A stretch of DNA of 32,000 nucleotides from assembly GCA_963718045.1 (NCBI GenBank), contig OY970350.1, positions 240,001 to 272,000 on the forward strand, read 5' to 3'. Shown piece by piece: positions 9,362 through 19,852 of the stretch. Source of the stretch: Candidatus Saccharimonadota bacterium. Lineage in GTDB: Bacteria > Patescibacteriota > Saccharimonadia > Saccharimonadales > UBA4665. Both the position numbers and the translations under genes were made by a program. Position 1 is the stretch's first letter. Each line of letters starts with the position of its first letter. The notes beneath the pieces are model-generated. The model was not told the origin of the DNA and made no database searches. It saw only the letters and a program-made list of their open reading frames with translations.

Positions 9362-10228
9362 ATGGCCCTAATTAAACTGGAAGACGTCAGTAAATTGTAC
9401 GGCTTCGGCGATGCTACAACTGTGGCATTAGACGAGGTAAATTTACTTATTGATAAAGGTGAGTTTATAGCCGTCATGGGTCCTAGCGGTTCTGGTAAAA
9501 GCACGCTAATGAATATTATTGGGCTCTTGGACAGGCCGAGTAACGGCCGGTATATGCTTGAAGGCCGTTCAGTTGCCAGATTAAGACCCAATCAATCAGC
9601 CAAGATAAGGCGTGATTCAATTGGTTTTATTTTCCAGTCGTTTAATCTTATTAATCGCTTGACTGTTCTTGAAAACGTTGCCCTTCCCTTGGCATATAAA
9701 GCCTTGCCGGTATCTAAAAGGAAAAAGCAAGCCAGTGCCATTTTGGAGAAAGTCGGCATTCAATCCAGAGAATACTTCTACCCTTACCAGCTTAGCGGCG
9801 GGCAGGCCCAATGTGCGGCTATTGCCAGGGCGCTGGTTAATAACCCGAAAATTATTATTGCCGATGAGCCAACCGGAAACCTGGACAGTGCCGGCTCCAG
9901 GCTTGTTATGGAGCTTTTAAGTGAGATTCACCGTGAAGCTAACACCACTATCCTTTTCGTTACCCATAACCCGGAACTAACCAGGTATGCTACGCGCGTT
10001 GTTTACATGCATGACGGGGCGATTATTCATGATGAAAAAACAGCTTACGGCAGTGTTGCCCCAAGAGCCCGTCAAGTTCTCTACACTATACCGGTAAAAA
10101 CTGTTGATGACGATTTAGCTGGTGTTTCAGCTCTCATGAAAGCTATACCATCCGGACATATTAAAAGAAGGCCCAAAAAACATAAGGCTAGAAACATGAC
10201 AGCCAGCAGAGGACGTTACGTAAGATGA
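9362..10228 (+). CDS. ABC transporter ATP-binding protein (MacB/LolD/FtsE-like) with basic C-terminal extension
   Basis: 288 aa with Walker A 'GPSGSGKST', signature 'LSGGQ', Walker B 'IIIADEPTGNLD' and H-loop 'VTHN'. About 60 extra C-terminal residues end in a Lys/Arg-rich tail. Confidence 0.9.
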   Translation: MALIKLEDVSKLYGFGDATTVALDEVNLLIDKGEFIAVMGPSGSGKSTLMNIIGLLDRPSNGRYMLEGRSVARLRPNQSAKIRRDSIGFIFQSFNLINRLTVLENVALPLAYKALPVSKRKKQASAILEKVGIQSREYFYPYQLSGGQAQCAAIARALVNNPKIIIADEPTGNLDSAGSRLVMELLSEIHREANTTILFVTHNPELTRYATRVVYMHDGAIIHDEKTAYGSVAPRARQVLYTIPVKTVDDDLAGVSALMKAIPSGHIKRRPKKHKARNMTASRGRYVR

Positions 10229-11457
10229 AGTCAATAACTAAGGGACAAATCAAAGCCGGTATCGACGCCGTCAGGCAGACCAAACTTAGAAACTTTTGGA
10301 CAATGCTCGGCGTTATTATTGGTGTGGCTTCGTTTATCTCCGTTGTGGCTATTTCAGAAGGAGTCAGACAGCAAATTACCGGACATATTGCCCAGACCGG
10401 CAACGATGTTATAACGGTTGAGCCAAGCACTATTAAAGTTAGCGGCTCGAGTTTCAATACACTGGATTTACTAACCGGTTTAAGTGTTTCCGGGTCGTTA
10501 TCTAACTCCGATATCTCTAGAGTGGCTAATACCAAGGGAGTTTCAGAAGTTACCCCTTTAAGTGCTCTGTCGGCTGACGTTCGGGGCAATCAGTCTGCCT
10601 ATTCAAACGGCCTAGTAATTGGTGCCTACCCTGACTTTCCGAGCATTATTAATAACAGCATGCAATACGGCAATTTCTTAGCCAGTTCCGATACCGAGAG
10701 TAACGGCGTTGTTCTCGGCAGCCAAACCGCCCAGGATCTATATAACGAAAATGTGCCGCTTGGTTTGCCGCTAACAATAAATGGTCAGACATATACAGTC
10801 AGGGGTATATTAAATCCCTTCCCGGCTACACCTCTAAGCAGTTCCTCGGCCTTCAATAAAGCTGTCTTTATATCCTACGCAAATTCTGAAAACCTAACCA
10901 ATAACTCTATAACTACCTACGAAGTTCTAGCCAAGCCGACCGATCCAAAGCAGACTGCGGCAGTTACCAAACAGATATATAACAACTTACTGGTTAGTCA
11001 CAACGGCCAAGTAGACTTTAGCGTTCAAGATCAGGCTCAGAATATTGCTAACAGCAATGCTGTTCTTAATTTAATAACCAGACTGATTATTATTGTAGCC
11101 GGCATTTCACTGCTGGTCGGTGGTATTGGCATTATGAACGTCATGCTTGTTTCGGTTACTGAGAGGATGCATGAGATTGGTATTAGAAAAGCTGTCGGTG
11201 CAACTAACCGGCAAATCTTAAACCAGTTCATGCTTGAATCTATAATGCTATCTACAGTCGGCGGTATGATCGGTGTTATTCTAGCTGTCTTAATAGACAT
11301 TGCTCTTCGGGTAATTAGCAATCTCCAGCCAATTATTAGCTGGGAGATATTAGTTGTAACTTTGTTTATCTCAATTCTTATTGGTCTAATATTTGGTTCT
11401 ATCCCGGCACTTAAGGCAGCCAGAAAAGATCCTATCGAAGCTTTAAGGGCTGAATAA
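10225..11457 (+). CDS. ABC transporter permease, MacB/FtsX family
   Basis: 410 aa. TM1 is followed by an extracytoplasmic domain of about 230 aa and then three C-terminal TMs (FtsX domain, 'RMHEIGIRKAVGA' linker). There is a 4-nt ATGA overlap with the ATPase gene. Confidence 0.85.
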   Translation: MKSITKGQIKAGIDAVRQTKLRNFWTMLGVIIGVASFISVVAISEGVRQQITGHIAQTGNDVITVEPSTIKVSGSSFNTLDLLTGLSVSGSLSNSDISRVANTKGVSEVTPLSALSADVRGNQSAYSNGLVIGAYPDFPSIINNSMQYGNFLASSDTESNGVVLGSQTAQDLYNENVPLGLPLTINGQTYTVRGILNPFPATPLSSSSAFNKAVFISYANSENLTNNSITTYEVLAKPTDPKQTAAVTKQIYNNLLVSHNGQVDFSVQDQAQNIANSNAVLNLITRLIIIVAGISLLVGGIGIMNVMLVSVTERMHEIGIRKAVGATNRQILNQFMLESIMLSTVGGMIGVILAVLIDIALRVISNLQPIISWEILVVTLFISILIGLIFGSIPALKAARKDPIEALRAE

Positions 11458-11461
11458 TATT

Positions 11462-12640
11462 CTACTGGGCGCAGCCGCCGGTACTTCTGGCAGTATTTTG
11501 AGACTCAGCGTGGTTAATGGCCGGAATAATTTGATTTGAGGTCAGAGCGTAACCAACGTCCGGGTAGACGGTCGATTCAGCAAAAACCACACCGTCAACT
11601 TGGCCGTTTTGGAGTATTAACGGCCCGCCAGAATTACCCGGTATAACTTGAGCTTTTAGTTCATAAACACTACGGCTAGTATTGCCTGTGCCGTAGATAT
11701 TCCGTCCAGTTGCATCAAATTCATTGAGTATTGCAGCAGTGGTAGCGCTAAAAGAACCGCCGCCCGGATAACCAAGTACCGCTCCACCGGTGCCGTTATC
11801 TATTATCCCGGGATCAATTGTTAACGGTTTACCGGCCAAATCGGTAGTTTTTAGCACGGCAAAATCTAAGTTAGGATCAAACCAAATAACCGTTGCCGAG
11901 TGTTGGCCATTTGAGTCATATATATAGGGGTGTAATATGCCGGCAACAACATGGGCGTTGGTAGCTACTATATTGGGCGCAACTATAAAGCCCGAACCTT
12001 CGACTATACCGCCGCAGCCTAAGCCTTCAATCTTAACTACTGAAGTATCATCGGCATCAACAGCCGGCTGCATAGCTGTAGCACTAGGCAGCGAATAGTG
12101 TGAATTAGGGGCTGGTTCACCGCCAACAAAGACTTCCGGGAAGCCGTTCGGGTCTATTAGTGAGCCAATTTCTGAAATTACTGAAGGTGCGCTTGGCAGA
12201 TGATGATTTAAGAATTTGACGACTGATGAACTATCTACATCTGCCTGGAGAGTCGGGACTGCCAAGGAGCTCAGCATGGCTGCACAAAGCCAGACGCTAA
12301 ATAGGACGGTTGCCAGTGACAATACTGAACCCAGGAAGCTGTCGGCTGTGTTCAGCTCTCTTATATGTATTTTTGCTTTTAACTTATACCCTACTATTTC
12401 GCCAACCGATAAAAGACAAAAAGCCAGGCCTAAGGTTACAGTTAGGGTCAAGACAGTTCGCGACAGGACTGTATGGGTAAAATTAATTATTGATGGCTGG
12501 ATAGCAGCGCCGATGAATAGACCGCCAAAGAAACCGGCCGTTGAAAAGAACTGTCTAACCCAGCCAATTTCCCAGCCTCTGGCAATAGAAATAACAAGGA
12601 ATACAAAAATAACAAGGCTAATAACAAAACCGGCCGACAT
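11462..12640 (-). CDS. CvpA-domain membrane protein fused to trypsin-like serine protease (MarP-like)
   Basis: 392 aa. N-terminal 4-TM CvpA-like region, then an S1 protease with 'TNAHVV' (His), 'DFAVLK' (Asp) and 'GNSGGPL' (Ser). Confidence 0.8.
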   Translation of the reverse strand: MSAGFVISLVIFVFLVISIARGWEIGWVRQFFSTAGFFGGLFIGAAIQPSIINFTHTVLSRTVLTLTVTLGLAFCLLSVGEIVGYKLKAKIHIRELNTADSFLGSVLSLATVLFSVWLCAAMLSSLAVPTLQADVDSSSVVKFLNHHLPSAPSVISEIGSLIDPNGFPEVFVGGEPAPNSHYSLPSATAMQPAVDADDTSVVKIEGLGCGGIVEGSGFIVAPNIVATNAHVVAGILHPYIYDSNGQHSATVIWFDPNLDFAVLKTTDLAGKPLTIDPGIIDNGTGGAVLGYPGGGSFSATTAAILNEFDATGRNIYGTGNTSRSVYELKAQVIPGNSGGPLILQNGQVDGVVFAESTVYPDVGYALTSNQIIPAINHAESQNTARSTGGCAQ

Positions 12641-13528
12641 TTAGAAGTGTCCTCTACCCAGACCTACTAAAAAGATTAGGATGCCAACTACAATACAGTA
12701 GATACCGAATGGCCGAAGTGTTGATTTTTTAAAGTATCTATCCAGAAACTTAACAGCAAAATAGGCAGCTACGGCTGCACATACGGCACCCAGCAGCATC
12801 TGCCCATGCATGCCGGCTGACTTATGACTAAGAGCTGTCGGCAATTTATATAGCCCGGCCGCTAGGATTATTGGTGTTGCCAGCAGGAATGAAAACTCGG
12901 CTGCTTCATCTCTTGAAAGGCCGCTAAAAACACCGCCTACCATAGTTATGCCTGTTCTAGATATACCGGCTATTAAAGCTCCTACTTGGGCAATGCCAAT
13001 CGTGATTGCCTGTTTGAAAGATAAAGTATGGGATATAGCTTGTTCCCTTTCCATATCCTTGACTTCAGTATTAGCCTTTCGGTTTCTAATATACTGGTCG
13101 CCGATGAGTAAGATAATGCCGTTAATCATAATAAAGATAACTGCCGACAGTGGCTTAGCAAACTGGTCCTGCAGTTTAGTTTGAAAAGCTAAAGCTATGA
13201 GTCCGGCCGGAATAGTAGCGGCAATAAGAAGCCAAGCAAGCTTAGCTTCCCTTTGTTCCATGGATCTAGTGGCAATCGATTTAAACCAGGCTTTAATTAA
13301 TTTCCACCAGGTTTTTCGGTAAAAGAATAGTAGAGCCAGTGCAGTAGCAACATGGATAACAACTAGAAATAACAGGAAGTTCGAAGCTTTATTTACGGTA
13401 CCATTTAGAATATTGGTCCAGTTAAATAGGTATGCAATTAAGACCGAGTGGCCGAGGCTAGATACCGGGAATAATTCTGTAACACCTTGAAAAAGACCTA
13501 GAATTAATGCCTGGAGGTAGGTAATCAT
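12641..13528 (-). CDS. uppP: Undecaprenyl-diphosphate phosphatase
   Basis: 295 aa polytopic membrane protein with the BacA/UppP signature 'GLFQGVTELFPVSSLGH' and 'GISRTG'. Its stop abuts the next gene's start (12640/12641). Confidence 0.92.
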   Translation of the reverse strand: MITYLQALILGLFQGVTELFPVSSLGHSVLIAYLFNWTNILNGTVNKASNFLLFLVVIHVATALALLFFYRKTWWKLIKAWFKSIATRSMEQREAKLAWLLIAATIPAGLIALAFQTKLQDQFAKPLSAVIFIMINGIILLIGDQYIRNRKANTEVKDMEREQAISHTLSFKQAITIGIAQVGALIAGISRTGITMVGGVFSGLSRDEAAEFSFLLATPIILAAGLYKLPTALSHKSAGMHGQMLLGAVCAAVAAYFAVKFLDRYFKKSTLRPFGIYCIVVGILIFLVGLGRGHF

Positions 13529-13627
13529 AGAATCTAGTTTACCACCTTAAGAGCGATCTGGATTGCCACTTCGGCTTATATATATTTTTACTCTGGTGGG
13601 TTTGGGGCCTATCTTCTTAGTCGAGTG

Positions 13628-13655
13628 TTGTTATTTAGCATGTTTATGTTATAAT
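13628..13655 (+). promoter_or_regulatory. Putative promoter TTGTTA-16-TGtTATAAT, 6 nt upstream of the ATG (leaderless configuration)
   Basis: TTGTTA at 13628-13633, TG at 13647-13648, TATAAT at 13650-13655, ATG at 13662. No SD lies between them. Confidence 0.5.
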
Positions 13656-13661
13656 AAAGCT

Positions 13662-14462
13662 ATGGCTTATTTTGATGCAAGGTCAAACGCTCTCGCTTTA
13701 GAGATGGCTGTTGTTGGTACGCACTTATCAGGCAAAACAACATTTGTTAATTCATTTAGAAATCCTGAGCTTGAATCTTATTGTGATGTCACGGAACCTT
13801 TTGGGCTGGGTGTAATAGAGCTAGATCACACAGATATAGATATGCCAGAAGGATCTTCAAGTCTTACTGTACCCATTGTAACGATCGCAGAAGCTGCAAC
13901 TGATTACGCCAAAAGTAAAGGTAATATTGCACTTCTAGGCGACGAATATACATTCGAATCTCAAAGACAGATTGACCTTAAAGCCGCATTCCGCCCACAA
14001 ATGGCCCATGTTATTTTTTCAGAAGCACATCGTAAACTACAATCATACGGTTTCACTGGCCGTGTTGCTAATCTAGGCGTAATACTAAGTGACAGGGAAA
14101 GACTCGATGGCAAGGCTTACTCTAGCATACGAACACCAGAAGAGGATGATGATACGCTTGGTATGAAGGCGCCGTTAAGGGAATGGTTCAGACAAGCGAT
14201 ACGAAGCTCCTTAGATTGTGTATTTATTGCTAGTCCTTCTGACGTACCGTTTGAATTAGACGTATCTCACACGGATAATCAGCAAGTAAGAAATGACGTT
14301 CAGACTAAGATTGAAGAGCTATACCACAACGCAACTGGTGGGCTCCTTCTGGAACTAAGTGGAACAGTAGAGAATCGTAGGGAAACCCTACGGTCAGTAG
14401 TTAGCCTTTTTGTTGATTACCCGCTCTTAGTAAGTCTGCCGATTACAAGTCTGCGTGAATAA
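13662..14462 (+). CDS. P-loop ATPase (AAA_28/NadR-like)
   Basis: 266 aa from the ATG at 13662. Walker A is 'GTHLSGKT'. The C-terminal 'VFIASPSDVPFELD...R' pattern resembles AAA_28 ATPases. The ORF-track TTG start at 13563 would add a Cys-rich hydrophobic leader with no RBS, so I rejected it. Confidence 0.5.
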   Translation: MAYFDARSNALALEMAVVGTHLSGKTTFVNSFRNPELESYCDVTEPFGLGVIELDHTDIDMPEGSSSLTVPIVTIAEAATDYAKSKGNIALLGDEYTFESQRQIDLKAAFRPQMAHVIFSEAHRKLQSYGFTGRVANLGVILSDRERLDGKAYSSIRTPEEDDDTLGMKAPLREWFRQAIRSSLDCVFIASPSDVPFELDVSHTDNQQVRNDVQTKIEELYHNATGGLLLELSGTVENRRETLRSVVSLFVDYPLLVSLPITSLRE

Positions 14463-14486
14463 TTTTTGTGTTTGTGGGCCGATTAA

Positions 14487-15698
14487 TTAAGAGCTTGCCA
14501 ATTTCTTTATGGCAACGATAAAAGCTGCTTCGGACAGATTGGCAGCATTATGTTCCTTGGCAGCTTCAACCATGTTTTTAACAGCTTTAATCATATATTC
14601 ATTAAGTAATTTGTTTACTTTTGACTCCGGCCATTTCTGACCTTTTTTATTCTGAAGCCATTCAAGGTAGCTAACTATCACACCGCCGGCATTGGCAACG
14701 ATACCGGGCAGGACTACGACATCCTTTTTAGTCAAATAATCTAGAGCAGTTTTAGTAACTGGTCCATTGGCCATCTCAACAATATAGCGGGCTTTTACGT
14801 CCTTCATATTATCTTTTGTTAGCGTATCTTCCAGTGCAGCCAAGACAAGCACATCTACATCTAGTCCTAAAATATCTTTTTCGTCCAGGTGTTTAATGCC
14901 CGGGCCTTTATAATCAGAAAAATGGCTGCTTCTGTTCTTATAATCTGCCAAGTCTTTTGCGTCTAAACCGTTTTGTTTATATAAAGTCTTAGACGAATCG
15001 CTTACTGCTACCAACTTCCATTTAGGATGTTCGCTGCTGGCTACAGTAGCAAAGTATGAACCGACATTTCCATACCCTTGGGTGGCGTAAGTTAAAGGTT
15101 TATCTGCCTTGCCTTTATATTTAAGCAGCTCGGCTAAGGCAATTACTCCGCCACGCCCAGTGGCTGCGTCCCTGCCTAAGCTGCCGCCAGCCTTGATACT
15201 CTTACCGGTAAAACTGGCGTGGCTTTTGTCACCGGTTAACTGCTCATACTCGTCAACCATCCAATCAATAACTGTTGAGTTGGTATTCACATCCGGAGCT
15301 GGAATATCTTTATCTGGTCCAATGTATGGATGCAGGTACTGGACATATTTACGGCTTATCTCTTCTAGCTGTTTACGGCTTAAGTCTTTTGGATTGACCG
15401 ATACACCGCCCTTACCGCCACCTAGTGGTAATCCAGCCGCCGCAGTCTTAAGACTCATTAAAGTAGCAAGTGCCCTGGCCTCGTCTAGGTCAACGTTGGG
15501 ATGAAACCTAATACCGCCTTTATATGGTCCGAGCTTATTGTTGTGTTGAACTCTGTATGCCTTAAGTTTCGTGCCATCATTTAAAGTAATTTCAAATTGA
15601 TGCTCGGCATCCATTTTAAGCAGTGAGTTAATAGTTTTTCTATTTAAGCCTAGTTTTTTAGCCGCCTCTTCAATAATTGTCTGAGCAGTATCAAGCAT
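14487..15698 (-). CDS. gdh: Glutamate dehydrogenase (Glu/Leu/Phe/Val dehydrogenase family)
   Basis: 403 aa with 'GPYKGGIRFHP', 'LPLGGGKGG' and the Rossmann 'QGYGNVG'. A strong SD (AAGGAGGGG) precedes the ATG. Confidence 0.9.
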   Translation of the reverse strand: MLDTAQTIIEEAAKKLGLNRKTINSLLKMDAEHQFEITLNDGTKLKAYRVQHNNKLGPYKGGIRFHPNVDLDEARALATLMSLKTAAAGLPLGGGKGGVSVNPKDLSRKQLEEISRKYVQYLHPYIGPDKDIPAPDVNTNSTVIDWMVDEYEQLTGDKSHASFTGKSIKAGGSLGRDAATGRGGVIALAELLKYKGKADKPLTYATQGYGNVGSYFATVASSEHPKWKLVAVSDSSKTLYKQNGLDAKDLADYKNRSSHFSDYKGPGIKHLDEKDILGLDVDVLVLAALEDTLTKDNMKDVKARYIVEMANGPVTKTALDYLTKKDVVVLPGIVANAGGVIVSYLEWLQNKKGQKWPESKVNKLLNEYMIKAVKNMVEAAKEHNAANLSEAAFIVAIKKLASS

Positions 15699-15860
15699 AG
15701 TACCCCTCCTTTTATAATCTGTCCCAATATTATGATACTCATCCGTGAACTAAGCAAAGCAAATAAAACTATGGCAATTTACTATATATCCTACTGCTAT
15801 TAGGCAACATGCAAGGTATTGTATACTGACAAATGATGGTATCAACAAGGAGATATTACA

Positions 15861-17150
15861 GTGGCTAAAGCACAGGGGCCTTTGTCAGGGTTTAGAGACC
15901 TATTATCTGCTCAGATGATAGCTAGAGAAAAAGTCTTAAATATCATTACCTCAACTTATGAGCTATACGGTTTTATGCCCATTAAAACTCCGGCTATCGA
16001 ACTATTTGAAACTTTAAATGGCAAATACGGCGACGAGGCTTCAACCCTAATGTATGACTTTGTAGACAGAGGTAGTAGACACTTAGCGCTGCGTTATGAC
16101 CACACAGTTCCACTGGCTAGACTTATGGCCATGCAGGGCCAGTCCCTGCCCTCGCCATACAAACGTTATGTTATTGGTGATGTTTGGCGCGGCGAAAGTC
16201 CCCAGGCCGGTAGGTATAGGGAGTTTACTCAGATCGATGCCGATATAGTCGGAACTAATAGTTATCTTGCTGATGCTGAAATACTGGCTATGATGCACGA
16301 TGTCTTTAGGGCCCTTAATCTCGAGGTTAAAATTAGAGTTAGTGATCGCAGAATACTCGATGGTCTGGCTAACAGTGCTGGCGTCACCAAGGAAGCCGAC
16401 TTTAATAAGTTTGTGACGGTAATAGATAAAGTTAGTAAGGTTGGTCCAGATAAGGTTAATAAAGAGATCGAACAACTTTTTGGGTCTAAAGCTAAGAAAG
16501 TTGTCAGTGAACTTTTGTCTAAAGAGCAGACTTTTGATAGTGTCTTAAGTTTACTAGACAATGAAAAAACCCGTGAAGGCCTAGAAAACCTAGAAAATAT
16601 TATAAGTACCCTAAAACCACTAAAGCTGAAAGATATTATATTTGATCCGACTATTGCCCGCGGACTTAACTACTATACGTCAACAATTTATGAAGCTCTT
16701 ATTGTAAAAAATGAGGCTTTAGGCAGTATCTGCAGCGGCGGCCGTTATGACAACCTTATTAAGCAGTTGGGCGGACCTGACAGCCCGGCCGTCGGCACAT
16801 CTATTGGCCTAGACAGATTGATGGATGGATTGTCCCAACTAGACGGTGGGAAGACCAAACATACTAAGACCGTTATCTATATTTCTAATCTAGACAGTAC
16901 TTATAATAGTGATCGTCTGGCGATAGCTCATCGCTTAAGAAAAGCTGATATCCCTGCCGAACTAGTCTACTCTGAAGCCAAGCTTGGTAAGCAGCTGGAA
17001 TCGATTGATAAAATGGGCGTCAACCTAGTCATAATCTACGGTAAGGCCGAACATCAAAAAGGTATTGTTTTAGTCAAAGACTTAGCTAACTCTACCCAGC
17101 AAGAAGTAGCGATTGATGACCTTGTTACCTTCGTCAACAATTTAATTTAA
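15861..17150 (+). CDS. hisS: Histidine--tRNA ligase
   Basis: 429 aa, GTG start 8 nt after AAGGAG. Class II motifs 'GFRDLL', 'LRYDHTVPLAR', 'RYREFTQIDADIVG' and 'GGRYDNL', with a C-terminal anticodon-binding domain. Confidence 0.92.
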   Translation: MAKAQGPLSGFRDLLSAQMIAREKVLNIITSTYELYGFMPIKTPAIELFETLNGKYGDEASTLMYDFVDRGSRHLALRYDHTVPLARLMAMQGQSLPSPYKRYVIGDVWRGESPQAGRYREFTQIDADIVGTNSYLADAEILAMMHDVFRALNLEVKIRVSDRRILDGLANSAGVTKEADFNKFVTVIDKVSKVGPDKVNKEIEQLFGSKAKKVVSELLSKEQTFDSVLSLLDNEKTREGLENLENIISTLKPLKLKDIIFDPTIARGLNYYTSTIYEALIVKNEALGSICSGGRYDNLIKQLGGPDSPAVGTSIGLDRLMDGLSQLDGGKTKHTKTVIYISNLDSTYNSDRLAIAHRLRKADIPAELVYSEAKLGKQLESIDKMGVNLVIIYGKAEHQKGIVLVKDLANSTQQEVAIDDLVTFVNNLI

Positions 17151-17205
17151 CTTGGGCATAAGCAAGCTACTTTTCATTTAGTCATCTTCGGTATACTATT
17201 AGCGT

Positions 17206-17508
17206 ATGTGGCAACTATATGTTTACAGCTTTTTAGCTGGACTTATCGGCGCTAATGGTGTCCCTCATTTTATTAAGGGAATAACTGGGCAGAAACACCA
17301 AACACCTTTTGGTAAAGGCTCGTCAGCAGCGGTCAACGTTGTCTGGGGCTGGGTGAACTTTGTTGTTGCTGGCCTGCTTATCTATGAAGCCCACCCAAGG
17401 GCTAACCACCACGTGCTCCGATCATTTGGGATGCTTGCGCTGGGTGCATTGATCACCGGCGTAATGCTAGCAATAGTCTGGTCTAATCATCCTGAACACA
17501 ACAAATAA
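17206..17508 (+). CDS. Small membrane protein (about 3 TM), unknown function
   Basis: 100 aa with hydrophobic helices. TATACT (17192-17197) lies 8 nt upstream of the ATG. Confidence 0.5.
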   Translation: MWQLYVYSFLAGLIGANGVPHFIKGITGQKHQTPFGKGSSAAVNVVWGWVNFVVAGLLIYEAHPRANHHVLRSFGMLALGALITGVMLAIVWSNHPEHNK

Positions 17509-17514
17509 TCGTCT

Positions 17515-17949
17515 TTAACCTCTGGTTTTATTGACAGGTGTTGCTTTTGTTTTCTCTGGAAAAACCCAGTACTTATACCAAAAATAGCTCCAGACAGTGA
17601 AAAAGCCAGCCGATATAAAGAAGCCGATATATGGAGTGATACCAATAGATTTAAGCCCCCATATTATTAGGTAATCCATTATAAAACCGATTGATTCAAT
17701 AAAGAGATACCGGCCGGCATGTTGCATTTCAGTAAGGTGTGCGCGGTCAGAAAAGGCCCAGAATCTTTGAATAATATAGTTTGAAGTCCAGCCGATTAAA
17801 TCAGCCATTATCTTTGCCGGGAACCAGTTCCAACGCAAACCGCCATAAAAGATAGCGAATACTATGTAGCCAAGCCAGAAGTAAACACCACCGCCGACCA
17901 TATACTTAATAAATCTATTGATTTCTTTTCGTACTTCAGATTTAGTCAC
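17515..17949 (-). CDS. GtrA-family membrane protein
   Basis: 144 aa, 4 TM, 'FIKYMVGGGV...' N-terminus and 'QRFWAF' motif typical of the GtrA-like family. GTG start. Confidence 0.7.
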   Translation of the reverse strand: MTKSEVRKEINRFIKYMVGGGVYFWLGYIVFAIFYGGLRWNWFPAKIMADLIGWTSNYIIQRFWAFSDRAHLTEMQHAGRYLFIESIGFIMDYLIIWGLKSIGITPYIGFFISAGFFTVWSYFWYKYWVFPEKTKATPVNKTRG

Positions 17950-17983
17950 TAAAGCTTATGATATATCAAGCAGAATCTATTAT

Positions 17984-19807
17984 CTATTGTTTCTGGCGTT
18001 TTCGTTTTAAGTGGTCTAGTTCTGATTTTCTTAGCCTTAGAGACAGGGGTGTTACTTCAAGCAGTTCGTCATTTTCAATAAAATCGATACATTCTTCTAG
18101 GCTTAGGACTACTGGCGGTGTTAACTGGACAGTACCGTCACTGGAAGTACTCCGCATATTAGTAAGATGTTTGGCTTTACAGGCATTCATCTCAAGATCA
18201 TCGTGTCTTTTATTTAATCCGATTATCTGGCCGGCGTATATCTTAACAGCCGGTCCGACAAATGAGGTCCCTCTTTCTTCTACTGTTTGAAGGGCGTAAG
18301 GAGTAGTTAGACCGCTTTCATAGGCGACTATGACCCCGTTTCTGAGTTGTTTTAGCGGTGCGCCCAAAGGCTCATAGCCAGTTACTAAACTGTTCATGAT
18401 GGCCGTGCCTCTAGTTTTAGTCATGAGCTCCCCTTTAAGTCCAAGTAAGCAGCGGGTCGGTATCTTATATACCAGTTTTGTAATGCCGTTACCGTTTACA
18501 AAATGCTCGGTTAAAATGGCTCTTCGCAGTCCTAGTTCCATTTGAACAGTACCGGCATGTTCTTCCGGCACCTCGATTATTAATTCTTCGACCGGTTCAA
18601 GTTTAAGGCCGTTCTCTTCTTTTAAGATTACTTCTGGCTGGCCAACTTCAAATTCATAACCTTCACGGCGAAGAGATTCTATCAATACGCTTAAATGCAG
18701 TTCACCACGGCCGCTAACCATAAATCCGATACCGCTTTCTTTTAAGCGAAGTCCGACGTTGCTTTCCAGTTCCCTGGTTAAACGTTCGCCTATTTGGCGG
18801 CTGGTGGAAAACTTGCCTTCTAATCCCTTAAACGGACTAGTGTTGGGCCCGACATATATCTTGAGTGTTGGCGGTTCGATTTCAAGAACAGGCAGAGCCT
18901 CTGGGTTATTGGCGTCGGCTATGGTTTCACCTATTTCAACATCACGAACTCCAGATAATTGAACAATATCTCCGGCTATGCCTTCGCTCACCGTAACCTT
19001 ACTTGTGCCTCTGGCTATTTGAATGCTGTCTATCCTGGCATTAACCTTTGACCCATTTTTTTTACATAAAACTACGGGGTCGTTCTGTCTGATTATTCCA
19101 CGCCTAATTTTACCGACAGCATACTTGCCTTTAAAAGAGTCCCACGATAGGGCTGAAACCAGCATCTGGAATGGCTTGCCTGTTTCTGCTTCTGGCGGTG
19201 GGACCTGTTCTATGATGGCCTTAAATATGACCGATAGATCGGCATTTTCTTCAATACTAGCCGGTATTTCTGCCCAGGCCTTGCCTTCCTGGCTGACAGA
19301 ATAATACGTTGGGTAATGAAGCTGGTCTTCATGAACAGCCAGTTCTAGAAACAGGTCGGCTATTTCATTCTCAACTTCTTTAATACGGGCACCGTGTTTG
19401 TCTATCTTATTAATAACGACAATTGGTTTTAGATTGTTAGTTAGGGCTTTGGTAAGAACGAACTTAGTCTGAGGCATTGGTCCTTCCTGGGCATCGACTA
19501 TTAAAAGGCAGCCGTCAGCCATGTTGATTGTTCTTTCTACTTCACCGCTAAAATCGGCATGTCCCGGGGTGTCTATAATATTTATCCGGTAGTCTTCATA
19601 CTGAACAGCCGTAACTTTAGCCGTTATGGTTATGCCGCGCTCTCTTTCCTGGTCGCCGCTGTCCATAATTAACTCTTGGCTCATTTCAGCTTGGTTGTCT
19701 CTAAAGGTTTTGGATTGCTTTAATAGGCCATCAACAAGAGTAGTCTTCCCATGATCGACATGGGCGATAATAGCAATGTTGCGGATTTTAGTTGGATCAG
19801 TGGTCAT
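17984..19807 (-). CDS. typA: Translational GTPase TypA/BipA
   Basis: 607 aa with '[19 protein letters not shown]', 'DTPGHADF', 'NKID' and EF-G-like domains. Confidence 0.93.
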   Translation of the reverse strand: MTTDPTKIRNIAIIAHVDHGKTTLVDGLLKQSKTFRDNQAEMSQELIMDSGDQERERGITITAKVTAVQYEDYRINIIDTPGHADFSGEVERTINMADGCLLIVDAQEGPMPQTKFVLTKALTNNLKPIVVINKIDKHGARIKEVENEIADLFLELAVHEDQLHYPTYYSVSQEGKAWAEIPASIEENADLSVIFKAIIEQVPPPEAETGKPFQMLVSALSWDSFKGKYAVGKIRRGIIRQNDPVVLCKKNGSKVNARIDSIQIARGTSKVTVSEGIAGDIVQLSGVRDVEIGETIADANNPEALPVLEIEPPTLKIYVGPNTSPFKGLEGKFSTSRQIGERLTRELESNVGLRLKESGIGFMVSGRGELHLSVLIESLRREGYEFEVGQPEVILKEENGLKLEPVEELIIEVPEEHAGTVQMELGLRRAILTEHFVNGNGITKLVYKIPTRCLLGLKGELMTKTRGTAIMNSLVTGYEPLGAPLKQLRNGVIVAYESGLTTPYALQTVEERGTSFVGPAVKIYAGQIIGLNKRHDDLEMNACKAKHLTNMRSTSSDGTVQLTPPVVLSLEECIDFIENDELLEVTPLSLRLRKSELDHLKRKRQKQ

Positions 19808-19817
19808 TAATAAAACA

Positions 19818-19837
19818 GCGGTGACTTAAGACACCGC
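19818..19837 (-). terminator. GC-rich hairpin (GCGGTG/CACCGC) followed by UGUUUUAUUA on the minus strand, just upstream of the typA ATG
   Basis: Arms at 19832-19837 and 19818-19823 with an 8-nt loop. The U-rich run at 19808-19817 ends at the typA start codon. Confidence 0.4.
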
Positions 19838-19852
19838 CTCCTAATTATCTAT

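Noticed and set aside
15699-15860. T-box or other leader upstream of hisS
   Set aside because: The 162-nt divergent intergenic region is too short. It lacks the T-box sequence, specifier-loop features and terminator. Two promoters and two SDs explain it (a TATACT -10 and AAGGAG-8-GTG for hisS).
10188-16561. Other long ORFs overlapping well-supported genes (10188-10589, 11037-11321, 12216-12644, 12948-13184, 15109-15504, 16083-16475, 16262-16561). Elsewhere: 1202-1414, 2992-3177, 3357-3563, 6562-6765, 7876-8115, 17958-18290, 18759-18962, 19023-19304, 22630-22941, 23074-23368, 28499-28696
   Set aside because: Each is antisense or out of frame within a gene with clear family motifs. None has a start context, and the translations look compositionally random.
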